Assembly: GCA_965223705.1 (NCBI GenBank)
Contig: OZ245015.1
Span: 2,080,001-2,144,000 of the forward strand
DNA length: 64,000 nucleotides
Direction of reading: 5' to 3'
Origin: Myxococcota bacterium
GTDB lineage: Bacteria > Myxococcota_A > UBA9160 > UBA6930
Positions 29,584 to 39,716 of this stretch are shown in pieces (the first letter of the stretch is position 1; each line of letters opens with the position of its first letter). Under the pieces are notes generated by a model. It saw only the letters and a program-made list of their open reading frames with translations. It was not told where the DNA came from and ran no database searches. Position numbers and translations under genes: made by a program.

Positions 29584-29995
29584 TTAAGGGCGCGAGCGTC
29601 GCCGACGGCCCGCAAAGCCCAACCCGACGAGCCCCGCGGCGAGCAGCGCGGTGGTGGTCGGTTCGGGGACGACGACCGCTCGCACGAGCCAATCGTCGGT
29701 CGAACTCGGCGGGAGGAGCCAGCCGCGACCGACAGTCGTGATCGCGTCGCCCGGAATGCGATGCCCGTCGGGAAAGAACTCGAAGGCCGGGCCGCTACCG
29801 CCTTTGGCTTCTCCGCTGAGGATCGTCACGTTGCTCAGCGGATCGGTCAGGGTTCCGGTTCCCGCTGACGCCGTGAAGCCGCCTCCCGCTGCGGTAACGT
29901 CGCTCAAGACGTAGTTGACGAGCCAGGTGTCGCCCACACCGCCGTTCCCGCCCGCGGTGTTCGAGTTGAGCTCGCCGCTGATCGTCGCCGTCGAC
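29584..29995 (-). pseudogene. 5'-truncated PEP-CTERM protein gene
   Basis: Intact VPEPTTTALLAAGLVGLGFAGRRRR tail; Gly/Thr/Asn-rich frame runs upstream of the GTG at 29937 to about 29995, then TAG at 30037-30039; no signal peptide and no further start codon. Confidence 0.7.
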
Positions 29996-30165
29996 CGTCT
30001 GATGGTTTTCCCCCTTTCCCAATTCCCGCAAAGAAACTAGGAGGGGATGGGGTTTCTTACCGTCACAACCCGTCGGAGCTTGTGGGGTGCTGCGCGGCGA
30101 AACGGTGAGTTGCGTGACGGTTTCCGTCCTTCGGTGCGACAGTTCGGTCGCCGATAGAGAAGCGC

Positions 30166-31602
30166 ATGGCCGAAACGCACCCGACGCGACCCCGCGAAAA
30201 GGCACTGAAAGTCAATCTGGATCCCCGGCGCTACGGAACGTTCGCCGAAATCGGCGCGGGCCAGGAGGTCGTGCGTTGGTTCTTTCGCGCGGGCGGCGCG
30301 GCCGGAACGATCGCCAAGAGTATCTCGGCCTACGACATGACGGTGAGCGACGCGATCTACGGACCGTGTTCGCGGTACGTCTGTCGAGAACGCCTGGAGA
30401 GTATGTTGGCCTACGAACAGGGTCTCAATCTCGAGCGGCTCTCGGGCGCGCACGGCCACGCGCGCTCGTTCTTCACGTTCGCGGATACGGTTTCCGCGAA
30501 GAGTTTCCGCGGCAACCAAGATTGCCACGGGTGGTTGGGGATCCGCTTTCAGGCCCACCCCCGCGACGAATCGAGCCAAATCATCGTCCACGTGCGCCTC
30601 CTCGACGCGGAGGCCGCACAGCAGCAAGAAGCGCTCGGCATCTTCGGGGTCAACCTCGTCTACGGTGCCTGCTTCTACTCCCACGATCCCGAGGCGCTGC
30701 TGCGCTCGCTCCTCGATGGTTTGAGCACGGATCGCATCGAAGTCGACATGATCGAGTTTTCGGGGATCGAGTTTCGCTACGTCGACAACCGCATCATGAG
30801 CCTTCGACTGGTCGAGATGGGTCTCTCCGATGCGGCGATGTTTGCCGCGGACGGCCCGGTGCTCCAGCCCTCGGAAGTGCTCTATCAGAGCCCCGTTCTG
30901 ATCGAGCGCGGGAGCTTCCGGCCCGTCACGTACGTGAACCTCGACATGCTCGAGTGTGCTCTCGAGAACTTTCGCAATCGGCCCGAGGTGGTGGAATGCA
31001 AACGCGCTCCGGTCGCGATCATGGAAATCACGATGCGGAACCTGATGGCCGACGGAGAGCTCGACCTATCGGACTTTCTCGCGCGAGCGGAAGTGCTCGC
31101 CGCCACGGGCCAGACGGTGCTGATCTCGAACTTCTCCGAGTACTACCGCCTCGCCGCGTACATCGCGCGTCATACGGATCAGCGGATCGGCATCGCGATG
31201 GGCGCCCACAGTTTGCGCGAGGTGTTTGGCTCCCAGTACTACGAAGACCTCGAAGGCGGCGTTCTCGAGGGCATGGGGCGGCTTTTTCGTCGGAACGTCG
31301 AACTGTTGGTCTACCCCCATCGAAATCGCGAGACAGAGGCGCTCGAGCGGGTCGACAACTTGCAGATCGACGGAGGACAACAGGGACTTTTCCGCCACCT
31401 CGTCGAGCACGGACTGATCACACAGCTCGAGAACGCGAACTTGTCGGTACTCGACATCTATTCTCGCGACGTGCTGACCAAGATTCGCGAGGGCGACGAG
31501 ACCTGGGAAGCGATGGTTCCCGCCACCGTTGCCGAGGTCATCCGCAGCCGAGAATTTTTCGGGTACAAGCCGGGTGGCGACCGAGAGCCGCGACGCCCCT
31601 AG
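30166..31602 (+). CDS. conserved cytoplasmic protein, putative nucleotidyltransferase (NMN/NaMN adenylyltransferase-like)
   Basis: YGTFAEIGAGQEV...AKSISAYD and ERGSFRPVT (GSF-x-P nucleotidyltransferase-like); no signal peptide; function is inferred. Confidence 0.6.
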   Translation: MAETHPTRPREKALKVNLDPRRYGTFAEIGAGQEVVRWFFRAGGAAGTIAKSISAYDMTVSDAIYGPCSRYVCRERLESMLAYEQGLNLERLSGAHGHARSFFTFADTVSAKSFRGNQDCHGWLGIRFQAHPRDESSQIIVHVRLLDAEAAQQQEALGIFGVNLVYGACFYSHDPEALLRSLLDGLSTDRIEVDMIEFSGIEFRYVDNRIMSLRLVEMGLSDAAMFAADGPVLQPSEVLYQSPVLIERGSFRPVTYVNLDMLECALENFRNRPEVVECKRAPVAIMEITMRNLMADGELDLSDFLARAEVLAATGQTVLISNFSEYYRLAAYIARHTDQRIGIAMGAHSLREVFGSQYYEDLEGGVLEGMGRLFRRNVELLVYPHRNRETEALERVDNLQIDGGQQGLFRHLVEHGLITQLENANLSVLDIYSRDVLTKIREGDETWEAMVPATVAEVIRSREFFGYKPGGDREPRRP

Positions 31603-31634
31603 CGAGGGAGGGCTACGCGGCTCATCCTAGACCC

Positions 31635-32660
31635 ATGGCCCCCGAGCTTCCTCGCGCGACCGGCGATGCGTTGCCCACGAGGTTGGCCGCACTGATTGCG
31701 GATCGAGAGCGCGCGACCCGCGCGCCCGAGATTGCGGACTTCCGCCCGGTCTCGGGTGGCAACGCCCGGGCGGCCTTCGCGTTCGATGTCGTATGGGAAG
31801 ACGGTTCGCCGCCTCGCGCGTGCATCCTGCTCTTGCAGGCGAAAGCCGGCCAGCTGGAGCAGGAACTCGGCCCTGAATTCGACGCGCTCTCCCTCCTCGC
31901 CGGGGACGAGATTCCATCACCGACACCGTATTGGGTCGATCGCGACGGGACGTGGCTCGGGAGCCCCGGTTTTGTCATGGAGCGCGTCGCGGGCGAAGGG
32001 GATCTTCGGGGTCTCCTCGATCCGGCGCATCGCGCTCGCAATCGCGCCGTCGCTCTCGCACTCGCGCGTTCTGCGGCGCGACTCCACGGTGCCGATTGGA
32101 GAGCGCGCGGGTTCGATGCCCTGCGAGTCCCCGAGCCCGAGCGCGTCGCGCTGCGTCAACTCGACTTCTGGGAGGAGCTCTTTGAGAAGCATCGTATGGA
32201 GCCGCTTCCCGCGGTGGTGGACGCGTTCCACTGGCTGCGGGCCCACGCCCCGGTTGCGCGGCACGTGTGCATCGTCCACGGCGACCTCCGTTTCGGCAAC
32301 GTGCTGTACGAGGACGACTCTCTGACGGCACTTCTCGATTGGGAGATGGTTCACCTGGGCGACCCCTGTGAGGACCTCGCATGGGCCTACCACCCGCTCT
32401 GGTCGCCGGAACCTCAGCTCGATTTCGATTCGTTCGTCGCGGCGTATCGAGGTTCGTGCGACATCGAAGTCCCCGACGACAGCCTGCTTTTCTATCGGCT
32501 GTTCGGCGAGATCAAGCACGCCGTCATCTCGCTTACCGGAGCCCGCGCGTTCAACCGACGCGAAACGGACAACCTTCGCCTCGCGGACCGAATGACCTGG
32601 CTCCCCGAGTGCTTGGAGCAGTTCTACGCGTGGCTTCCGGACCTGGAGCAGGGGTCATGA
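31635..32660 (+). CDS. APH/ACAD10-like phosphotransferase family protein
   Basis: FVMERVAG, VHGDLRFGNVL, LDWEMVHLGDP. Confidence 0.92.
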   Translation: MAPELPRATGDALPTRLAALIADRERATRAPEIADFRPVSGGNARAAFAFDVVWEDGSPPRACILLLQAKAGQLEQELGPEFDALSLLAGDEIPSPTPYWVDRDGTWLGSPGFVMERVAGEGDLRGLLDPAHRARNRAVALALARSAARLHGADWRARGFDALRVPEPERVALRQLDFWEELFEKHRMEPLPAVVDAFHWLRAHAPVARHVCIVHGDLRFGNVLYEDDSLTALLDWEMVHLGDPCEDLAWAYHPLWSPEPQLDFDSFVAAYRGSCDIEVPDDSLLFYRLFGEIKHAVISLTGARAFNRRETDNLRLADRMTWLPECLEQFYAWLPDLEQGS

Positions 32661-33103
32661 TCCGGCCGTCGCCGACGGACCTTCTCACGGGCATCGCCTC
32701 GGTCCTTCGCGAGTCGGTCTCAGCGGAGCTTCCGGCGGGCGATACGCGCAATCAAGTGAGGGCCGCGGCTGTCATCTTGAGGAGACTCGCCGCGGTGTGG
32801 GATCGCGTGGTGCCGACGCTCCGAGCGGAAAATCGGGACATCGAAGAGACGCTCGCCGAACTCGCCGGATCGTTGGCGGACGCGGGTTGCGGACCCTCGG
32901 CGGACTCGCCGAAAGAAACGGCGTCAGAGCCGCGTTTCGAGGAGATCGCCGAACGGAATCGGGTGCTGCAAGAACGCTTGGCCGATATCCACGACGCGTT
33001 GACTGAGCTCGACGATTGCGAACTCAAAGCGCGTATCGAGGCGCGCTTGCGCGCCCTCCATCGAAGAAACCTGGCGCGCGACCGTGAGCTGACAGGCCGC
33101 TAG
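32657..33103 (+). CDS. small helical protein coupled to the phosphotransferase (DUF6285-like)
   Basis: ATGA overlap; MIRPSPTDLL start typical of partners of such phosphotransferases (recalled, not verified). Confidence 0.65.
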   Translation: MIRPSPTDLLTGIASVLRESVSAELPAGDTRNQVRAAAVILRRLAAVWDRVVPTLRAENRDIEETLAELAGSLADAGCGPSADSPKETASEPRFEEIAERNRVLQERLADIHDALTELDDCELKARIEARLRALHRRNLARDRELTGR

Positions 33104-33963
33104 CGCTCTGCTGTTGCGCGTGCTCGAACCCATAGTTCGGGACTCTCGTGCATCCGGAGGAACAGCTCCCGGAAGGGGTGCGTGTTCGGCATGCGCACGG
33201 CGTCGAAACGGGCCGCGTCGGGCGAGCTGCGGACGTGGGTGAGGGAAATGTTCTCCGTGGTACCCGTGAACGTGTCGATCTGGAGGTCGCGGATGGCGCC
33301 GCCCGTGTCGCCAGCGAAGAACCAACCGTCGTGGGTGTAGTCGGCTCCGTCGAACTCGAACGGTTGTCCGACGGCTTCGGCGATGAAGACCAGGCTGCCG
33401 TAGGGAATCGTCTGCTGGTCTCGGTCTACGGCGATCGTGCGGAAGGGCACGAGCACCCAGTTCCGCACGCCATCGCCGAACGGCCCGCGAGCGAAACCGA
33501 AACGCGCGCGCCCCTGGGATCGCCAGCGGTCGCCGAGCCACCGTTCGCAGGGCACGGCGACTTCCTTTTGATCCGCGTAGTTGAGCGTGACGGTGGTGCC
33601 GTCGGATCGCTCGACTCGGCCGCTCCCCTCGAGCGCGGTGTAGCACCAATCGCGCCCGGTGAGATAAAGCGGGGCGTTCCTCGGGAAAGGTCGGTTTTCG
33701 GGATCGAGGACGACGTACCCGTCTTTTCTTCGAGCTTCTCGGGCCTGCCACAAGTGATAGTGCGTCGACCACAGATCGTGGATCGGCTCGCCGGACTCGT
33801 TCGACGGGCCGGGCAACTCGAAGGCGAGCGCTCGCCGGAGGAGCTCTGCAAGCGGGACCTCGTTTCCCAAGCGACGATGCAGGGGCTCGTCCGGGCGAGG
33901 GCTACATGCTGCCAGCATCGAGATGACACACGTGGCGTAAAGGAGTCTGCTCGGCGAACTCAC
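33100..33963 (-). CDS. 3D-domain (MltA-like) lipoprotein, putative peptidoglycan-modifying enzyme
   Basis: MLAAC lipobox; RTIAVD, IPYGS, AGDTGGAI, IDTFTG. Confidence 0.88.
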   Translation of the reverse strand: MSSPSRLLYATCVISMLAACSPRPDEPLHRRLGNEVPLAELLRRALAFELPGPSNESGEPIHDLWSTHYHLWQAREARRKDGYVVLDPENRPFPRNAPLYLTGRDWCYTALEGSGRVERSDGTTVTLNYADQKEVAVPCERWLGDRWRSQGRARFGFARGPFGDGVRNWVLVPFRTIAVDRDQQTIPYGSLVFIAEAVGQPFEFDGADYTHDGWFFAGDTGGAIRDLQIDTFTGTTENISLTHVRSSPDAARFDAVRMPNTHPFRELFLRMHESPELWVRARATAER

Positions 33964-34045
33964 ACCAACTCCGGGTAGCGGTCGGCGAAGAGTCTAGGTC
34001 GTCGTCCTGCAGAGCGACCGGGACCCCGGTTGCTATGCTCGCCGG

Positions 34046-34276
34046 GTGAAACTCCGAGTCATCGATGGGAAACCGACTCTCGCCACACGCCTCCGAAAGG
34101 AAGTGCGGAGGCACTGGATCGGGTATCTGGTCCTCGTGGTTTTCGCTGTTGCGGGGGCGTTTCTGACTCCGCTCTTCCTGCCCGGCGCTTCGCCCTTCGC
34201 CGGTGCCTTTGGCGGCTTCGCCCTCGGCGTCTATGCGGCGATGTGCGCCGTGCCGGATCGTTTCCTCGACGATTGA
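34046..34276 (+). CDS. small membrane protein (2 TM)
   Basis: Two hydrophobic segments; fills the gap between neighbouring genes. Confidence 0.6.
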   Translation: MKLRVIDGKPTLATRLRKEVRRHWIGYLVLVVFAVAGAFLTPLFLPGASPFAGAFGGFALGVYAAMCAVPDRFLDD

Positions 34277-34363
34277 TCGCCTGCTCGGCAGGTGCCGAGC
34301 GGCTGGCTCCCTCCACAGCTTTGCCTAGCTTCTTTTGCATCGTTCTTTTGGGGGGAATGAGTC

Positions 34364-34834
34364 ATGAAGCCTTCACGCCAACTACGACGGATTCTCGGTG
34401 TCGTGTGCGCAAGCGTCATGGCCTGCGTCTCGGGATCCGCGGCGGCTGAGTACGTGGTGCAGATCGGCGCTCTGTCCCGGGCGAACCCGGGCTTCGCCGC
34501 CCCGGCCATGTCGGTCGGCACCGTGATGACGAGTGAGACGGAAACGGGACTGACCCGCTATCGCGTCGGCCCTTTCGCGAGCCGGTCCGAAGCGCGTGCG
34601 GCGAAGGCGAAACTACAAGCCGCCGGATACGCCGACGCATATGTCAGCCGGATCCAAACCCTCCCGGACGTGGCGTCGGCACCTCCTTCGCCGTCGAAGG
34701 GCGCATCGCCGCCGGGAAGCGTCGACATCTCGACGCTTCCGGAAGAGGTCCGCGCGAAGCTCGTGTACTTGGACGGCGAGCTCCACATCAAAGAGGGCAA
34801 GAAATTCGTGCCCCTCTCGAAGTACACAGACTAG
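34364..34834 (+). CDS. exported SPOR-domain protein
   Basis: Signal peptide; YVVQIGA, RYRVGPFASRSEA...LQAAGYADAYV. Confidence 0.85.
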   Translation: MKPSRQLRRILGVVCASVMACVSGSAAAEYVVQIGALSRANPGFAAPAMSVGTVMTSETETGLTRYRVGPFASRSEARAAKAKLQAAGYADAYVSRIQTLPDVASAPPSPSKGASPPGSVDISTLPEEVRAKLVYLDGELHIKEGKKFVPLSKYTD

Positions 34835-34895
34835 GAACGCGACCTCCGAGCGCTCGTCCGGGGCGCGCTACCATGCGCGCACAGGAGGGTCCTCG

Positions 34896-36992
34896 GTGGG
34901 CTATCGGATCTCGGTCGATACAGGCGGAACCTTTACCGACGTTGTCGTCACCGACAGCGGCGGCGGTTTCACGGTCGGGAAAGCGCTCACCGACCGTACG
35001 CGTGCTTTTGAGAGTATCCGGTCGGGCTTGCTGACGGCCTCGGAAGAGATCGGCGTGTCGGCCGACGCGTTGCTCGAAGAGGCCGACCTCTTCATCTACG
35101 GGACGACCCGCGCGACGAACGCGATCGTCGAGCGCAAGATTGCAAAGACCGCGTTCCTGACGACCGAAGGGTTTCCCGACATCTTGGTGCTGAAAGAAGG
35201 CGGGAAGTTCGAACCGCATCGGCTCGATATGGAATATCCCGATCCCTACATCGCGCGTAGCCTGACGTTCGAGGTTCCGGAGCGCATGGACGCCGAAGGG
35301 GTTGTGGTGAGCGCCCTCGACGAAGCCGCGCTCCGCGAGCAGCTCGCGCGCGTGCGCGCAAAAGGGGTGGAGGCGCTGGCCGTGTGTCTGCTCTGGTCCA
35401 TCGCAAACCCGACCCACGAACTGCGGGTGGGAGAGATCATCGAGGAAGAGCTCCCCGGGGTCCCGTTCACGCTTTCGCATCAGTTGAACCCGATGATGCG
35501 CGAATACCGCCGGGCATCCGCTGCGGCGATCGACGCGTCGCTCAAGCCGCTGATGCAGCGCTATCTGACCGATCTCGAGGTCGACCTACGCGAAGCCGGA
35601 TACCGGAATGACGTGCTGGTTTCGACTTCCTTCGGCGGGGTCATGCACCTGGCCGACGTGGTCGAGCGCCCGATCTATCTGGTGAAGTCGGGCCCCGCGA
35701 TGGCGCCCGTCGCCGGTCGCGCGTATGGCGAAGCCGAAGGGCTGCCCGAAGACCTCATCGTTTGCGACGCCGGCGGCACCACGTTCGATATCAGTTTGAT
35801 CCGGGGCGGAGAAGTCGAGTTCACGCGCGAAACCTGGCTCGGTCCGCGCTGGACGGGCGACAACCTGGGCATGGCCTCCGTCGCCGTTCACAGCATCGGC
35901 GCCGGCGGCGGATCGATCGCGTGGGTCGATTCGGGCGGTTTGTTGCGGGTCGGGCCGCAATCGGCCGGAGCCGACCCGGGGCCGGCGTGCTACGGGGCAG
36001 GGGGCGAAGAGCCGACGGTCACCGACGCGGCTGTGGTGCTCGGCTACATCAACCCCGAGCACTTCCTCGGCGGTCGCATGCCGCTCGATCGCGACGCCGC
36101 GGAGCGCGCCATTGGGCGGATCGCCGAACGGCTCGATCTCACGGTGCAGCGGGCCGCGTTCGCGGTCGTCGCGGTAGCGAACGAGAACATGATTCAGGCG
36201 ATCGGAGAGATCACGATCAACGAAGGCGTCGATCCTCGGGACGCGGCCCTCGTGGTGGGGGGCGGTGCGGGAGGGCTCAATATCGTTCCCATCGCTCGGG
36301 AGCTCGGTTGCGAGACCATTCTGATGCCGCGCACAGCAGGCGCGCTGTCCGCCTCGGGCATGCAGTTCTCGGACATCGTCACCGAGGCGGGTGCCAGTCG
36401 CTTGACCGCGTCGGACGATTTCGACTTCAAAGGCGTGAACGAAGCCCTCGGCGGCATCGGCGAACGACTCGAAATATTCGCCGAGCGACTTCGCGCGCGG
36501 GGCATCGAAAAAACGGAAGTGCAGTATTTCGTCGAGGCGCGCTACCGCTTCCAGGTCTGGGAGCTCGAGATCGGCGTGCACGCGGGCGAGCTCACCGGTG
36601 ATGCCGACGTCGAGCGACTCGTCCGCGCGTTTCACGACATGCACGAGCGCGTGTTCGCGGTTCGCGACCCGGAGCAAGCCGTGGAGTTCCTCAACTGGCG
36701 GGGTCGACTGCGAGGCATCGTACAGGCGGCGTCCCTCGAGCCGGGGGACGCCTCGGGCGGGGGGGCCGCAGACGTCGTCCCGACCGCTTTCCGCGACGCG
36801 TTTTTCGGAGACGAACTCGGTCTCTGCAAGACGGCGATCTACCGCGGCGCGGAACTTCCGGCGGGAGCGCAATTCACGGGTCCTGCGATCGTCGAGGAAC
36901 CGACATCGACCCTGGTGGTCGATTCGCTGACCCAGGTGATGGTGAGCCCGGGCGGCCGCTACGTGCTGCGCCCGAGGGAGGAGGCCAAGTGA
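34896..36992 (+). CDS. hydantoinase/oxoprolinase family, subunit A (ATP-binding)
   Basis: VDTGGTFTD, GTTRATNA, SGPAMAP, DAGGTTFD, IGAGGGS, VGPQSAGADPGPACY; GTG with AGGAGG SD. Confidence 0.95.
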   Translation: MGYRISVDTGGTFTDVVVTDSGGGFTVGKALTDRTRAFESIRSGLLTASEEIGVSADALLEEADLFIYGTTRATNAIVERKIAKTAFLTTEGFPDILVLKEGGKFEPHRLDMEYPDPYIARSLTFEVPERMDAEGVVVSALDEAALREQLARVRAKGVEALAVCLLWSIANPTHELRVGEIIEEELPGVPFTLSHQLNPMMREYRRASAAAIDASLKPLMQRYLTDLEVDLREAGYRNDVLVSTSFGGVMHLADVVERPIYLVKSGPAMAPVAGRAYGEAEGLPEDLIVCDAGGTTFDISLIRGGEVEFTRETWLGPRWTGDNLGMASVAVHSIGAGGGSIAWVDSGGLLRVGPQSAGADPGPACYGAGGEEPTVTDAAVVLGYINPEHFLGGRMPLDRDAAERAIGRIAERLDLTVQRAAFAVVAVANENMIQAIGEITINEGVDPRDAALVVGGGAGGLNIVPIARELGCETILMPRTAGALSASGMQFSDIVTEAGASRLTASDDFDFKGVNEALGGIGERLEIFAERLRARGIEKTEVQYFVEARYRFQVWELEIGVHAGELTGDADVERLVRAFHDMHERVFAVRDPEQAVEFLNWRGRLRGIVQAASLEPGDASGGGAADVVPTAFRDAFFGDELGLCKTAIYRGAELPAGAQFTGPAIVEEPTSTLVVDSLTQVMVSPGGRYVLRPREEAK

Positions 36993-38746
36993 GCGATCAA
37001 GCGTCTCGGGATCCGGGGATGGACCCCGTCCTCATGGCAGTCCTCGCGAATCGTTTCGACGCGATCGTGCGTGAGATGACGAACACGTTGCTTCGGACAG
37101 CCCGTTCCGCCGTCTTGGCCGTGGTTCGCGATTTTTCGTGCTCGATCGTGACCGCGGACAACCGATTGCTGAGCCCCGGCGAAGGCGTGCCGGTTCATAT
37201 CTTCGGTTCTGCGCTCCAGAGCCAGGCGATGTGCGACCTGCACGACGATCTGGGGCCGGGCGACGCCTTCCTCCACAACGATCCCTATCTGGGAAACACC
37301 CATCCCGCCGACCACATGATTCTCGCGCCGGTGTTCTTCGAAGGCGAACACCTCTTTACGACGTGCGCCAAGGCTCATCAGGCCGATTGCGGGAACAGCA
37401 TCCCGAGCACCTACCACGCATACGCGCGCGACGTTTACGAGGAAGGTTCGCTGATCTTCCCGTGTGTTCGCGTGCAGCGCGACTACCGAGACGTCGAGGA
37501 CATCATTCGGATGTGTCGACGTCGGATTCGCGTCCCGGATCAGTGGTACGGCGACTATCTCGCAGAGATTGGTGCCGCGCGCATCGGCGAACGCCGCTTG
37601 GTCGAGCTCGCCGAGCGCTACGGCGCGGAGACGCTGCACACGTTTATCGAGACCTGGTTCGAGTATTCCGAACGACGCACCGAAGAGGCGATCAAGAAGC
37701 TCCCCAGCGGACGCTTGTCGAACGTCGGCCACTACGATCCGCTTCCGCCGGTCTTGCCCGAGGGCCTCGAGCTGCGGGTCGATGTGGAGGTCGATGCCGA
37801 AGAGGGTCGGATCGAAGTGGATCTCACGCACAACGAGGACTGCTTCGATTTCGGCCTGAACGAATCGGTTGCCTGTGCGACCAGCAACGCGATGTGCGGC
37901 GTGTTCAACTGTCTCGACCCCGACATTCCCCACAACGATGGGAGCTTCCGGCGAATCCGCGTCAAGCTGCGCGAGAACTGCGTCGCCGGAGAGCCGCGCT
38001 TCCCCCATAGTTGCTCGATGGCGACGACCAACATCGGCGACCGCATCGTGAACATCACGCAGTCTGCATTTGCCCAGATCGCATACGGTCACGGTCTCGC
38101 CGAAGGAGCAATCGGCATGGGCGCGGGGGCGGCCGTGATCTCCGGCAACGACCATCGCCGAGACGGAGCGCCCTACATCAATCAGGAATGGATGTTGGTA
38201 AACGGCGGGCCGGCTTCCTCACACACCGACGGCTGGGTCAACTACGGGCTTCCGGTCGCCGCCGGATTGATGTACCGCGGCAGCATCGAAGTGGACGAGT
38301 CGAAATTCCCGATGCTGTTTCGATCCCTGCGGATCGTCGAGGGCGGGGGCGGAGCGGGAACGTTCCGAGGCTCGCCCGGAGCGGAAGTCATCTACGGGCC
38401 GCGCCGAGATCCGATGACGGTAGTGGTCTCGTGCGACGGCCAGCACAACCCGCCTCAGGGCGTGCACGGAGGCCACGCTGGGCCACCTGCCGCCACCTAT
38501 AAAATCGACACGTCGGGCAACGAAGAAAAGCTCCCCGGAGTGACCGAGGCCGTGCTGCAGCCGGGCGAGTGGATTCGCGGGGTCGATGCCGGAGGGGGCG
38601 GCTACGGGGATCCCCAGAAGCGCGAACCTGAACGCGTGCTCCGTGACGTTCGAGAGCGGTGGGAGACGCTCGATCGCGCGAAGGAAGTCTACGGCGTGAA
38701 CATTGTCGAGAGTCCGGACGACACTTTCGAGTTGGCCCCGGAATAG
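36989..38746 (+). CDS. hydantoinase B/oxoprolinase family, subunit B
   Basis: RTARS, DFSC, HNDPYLGNTHPAD, AHQADCG, GGGGYGDP. Confidence 0.95.
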   Translation: MSDQASRDPGMDPVLMAVLANRFDAIVREMTNTLLRTARSAVLAVVRDFSCSIVTADNRLLSPGEGVPVHIFGSALQSQAMCDLHDDLGPGDAFLHNDPYLGNTHPADHMILAPVFFEGEHLFTTCAKAHQADCGNSIPSTYHAYARDVYEEGSLIFPCVRVQRDYRDVEDIIRMCRRRIRVPDQWYGDYLAEIGAARIGERRLVELAERYGAETLHTFIETWFEYSERRTEEAIKKLPSGRLSNVGHYDPLPPVLPEGLELRVDVEVDAEEGRIEVDLTHNEDCFDFGLNESVACATSNAMCGVFNCLDPDIPHNDGSFRRIRVKLRENCVAGEPRFPHSCSMATTNIGDRIVNITQSAFAQIAYGHGLAEGAIGMGAGAAVISGNDHRRDGAPYINQEWMLVNGGPASSHTDGWVNYGLPVAAGLMYRGSIEVDESKFPMLFRSLRIVEGGGGAGTFRGSPGAEVIYGPRRDPMTVVVSCDGQHNPPQGVHGGHAGPPAATYKIDTSGNEEKLPGVTEAVLQPGEWIRGVDAGGGGYGDPQKREPERVLRDVRERWETLDRAKEVYGVNIVESPDDTFELAPE

Positions 38747-38755
38747 CGGCGAGCG

Positions 38756-39679
38756 GTGATCCGGGCGGCTCGATGGGCGAGTTGCTTCGTCGCCGGTCTC
38801 CTCGCGACAAGCGCTCGTCCTCTCGTCGCCGCCGAATCCTTCTGCCCGGGCGAACCGTCCGCGAAACCCACGGTCCTCTTTTGCGACGATTTCGACGACG
38901 ATCGCCCCCTCGCGGAGAAGTACTTCGAGTACGGCGACAGCGACGGGTCGTTCGCCCTGGCGCCGGGTCAAGGGTTCCGAGAGAGCACCGCGATGCGTGC
39001 CCGTTGGCGCGCCGGGCAGGTGGATGCCGGAAGTTTGAAGTACGGCTTCGGACGGAACCCCGTGCGCTCGCAGACCGCCAGCGATCACGACTTCCGCGAA
39101 GTGTTCTGGCGGATTTACGTCCGCACGGAACCGGGCTGGTCGGGGTTTCCCGGAAAGTTTACACGCGCGACGAGTCTCGTTTCGGAGAACTGGGCACAGA
39201 GCATGATCGCCCACGCCTGGGCGCACTCTGAAGATGTCTTGGTGATCGATCCCGCGAGCGGTACCGACGAGTACGGCGCGCTGCGCAGCACCGTCTACAA
39301 CGACTTTCCCAATTTGCGCTGGCTCGGGAGCCGCAAAGGGCGGACGGCAATCTACGCGACGGAAAATGCCGATCGGTGGTTCTGCGTCGAGGCACGCGTC
39401 AAGCTCAACAACCCGGGCCGCTCCGATGGCGTGTTCGCGCTGTGGGTCAACGGTCGACTTGAAGCCGAGCGCACGGATCTCAATTGGGTCGGTGCCTACG
39501 ACCGTTTCGGGATCAACGCGGTCTTCATCGAGAACTACTGGAATGACGGCGCGCCGGGCCCTCGCGAGCGGTTCGTCGACAACTTTGTCGTGGCGACGTC
39601 CTACATCGGTTGCGCCGCCGGTGAGGAAGCGGGCGCGTCGCTCGGGCCGCCGGGCCGGCCCACTGTGGTCGGGCGGTAG
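38756..39679 (+). CDS. exported beta-sandwich protein (polysaccharide lyase/ConA-like)
   Basis: Signal peptide; LFCDDF, WFCVEARVKLN, DGVFALWVNG, FVDNFVVAT. Confidence 0.7.
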   Translation: MIRAARWASCFVAGLLATSARPLVAAESFCPGEPSAKPTVLFCDDFDDDRPLAEKYFEYGDSDGSFALAPGQGFRESTAMRARWRAGQVDAGSLKYGFGRNPVRSQTASDHDFREVFWRIYVRTEPGWSGFPGKFTRATSLVSENWAQSMIAHAWAHSEDVLVIDPASGTDEYGALRSTVYNDFPNLRWLGSRKGRTAIYATENADRWFCVEARVKLNNPGRSDGVFALWVNGRLEAERTDLNWVGAYDRFGINAVFIENYWNDGAPGPRERFVDNFVVATSYIGCAAGEEAGASLGPPGRPTVVGR

Positions 39680-39716
39680 TTCCAGAAACAAACAGCGTTC
39701 TGGTATGCTCTGGGGG

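Noticed and set aside
30166..31602. TonB-dependent receptor label
   Set aside because: No signal peptide, too short, no beta-barrel pattern and no terminal aromatic residue
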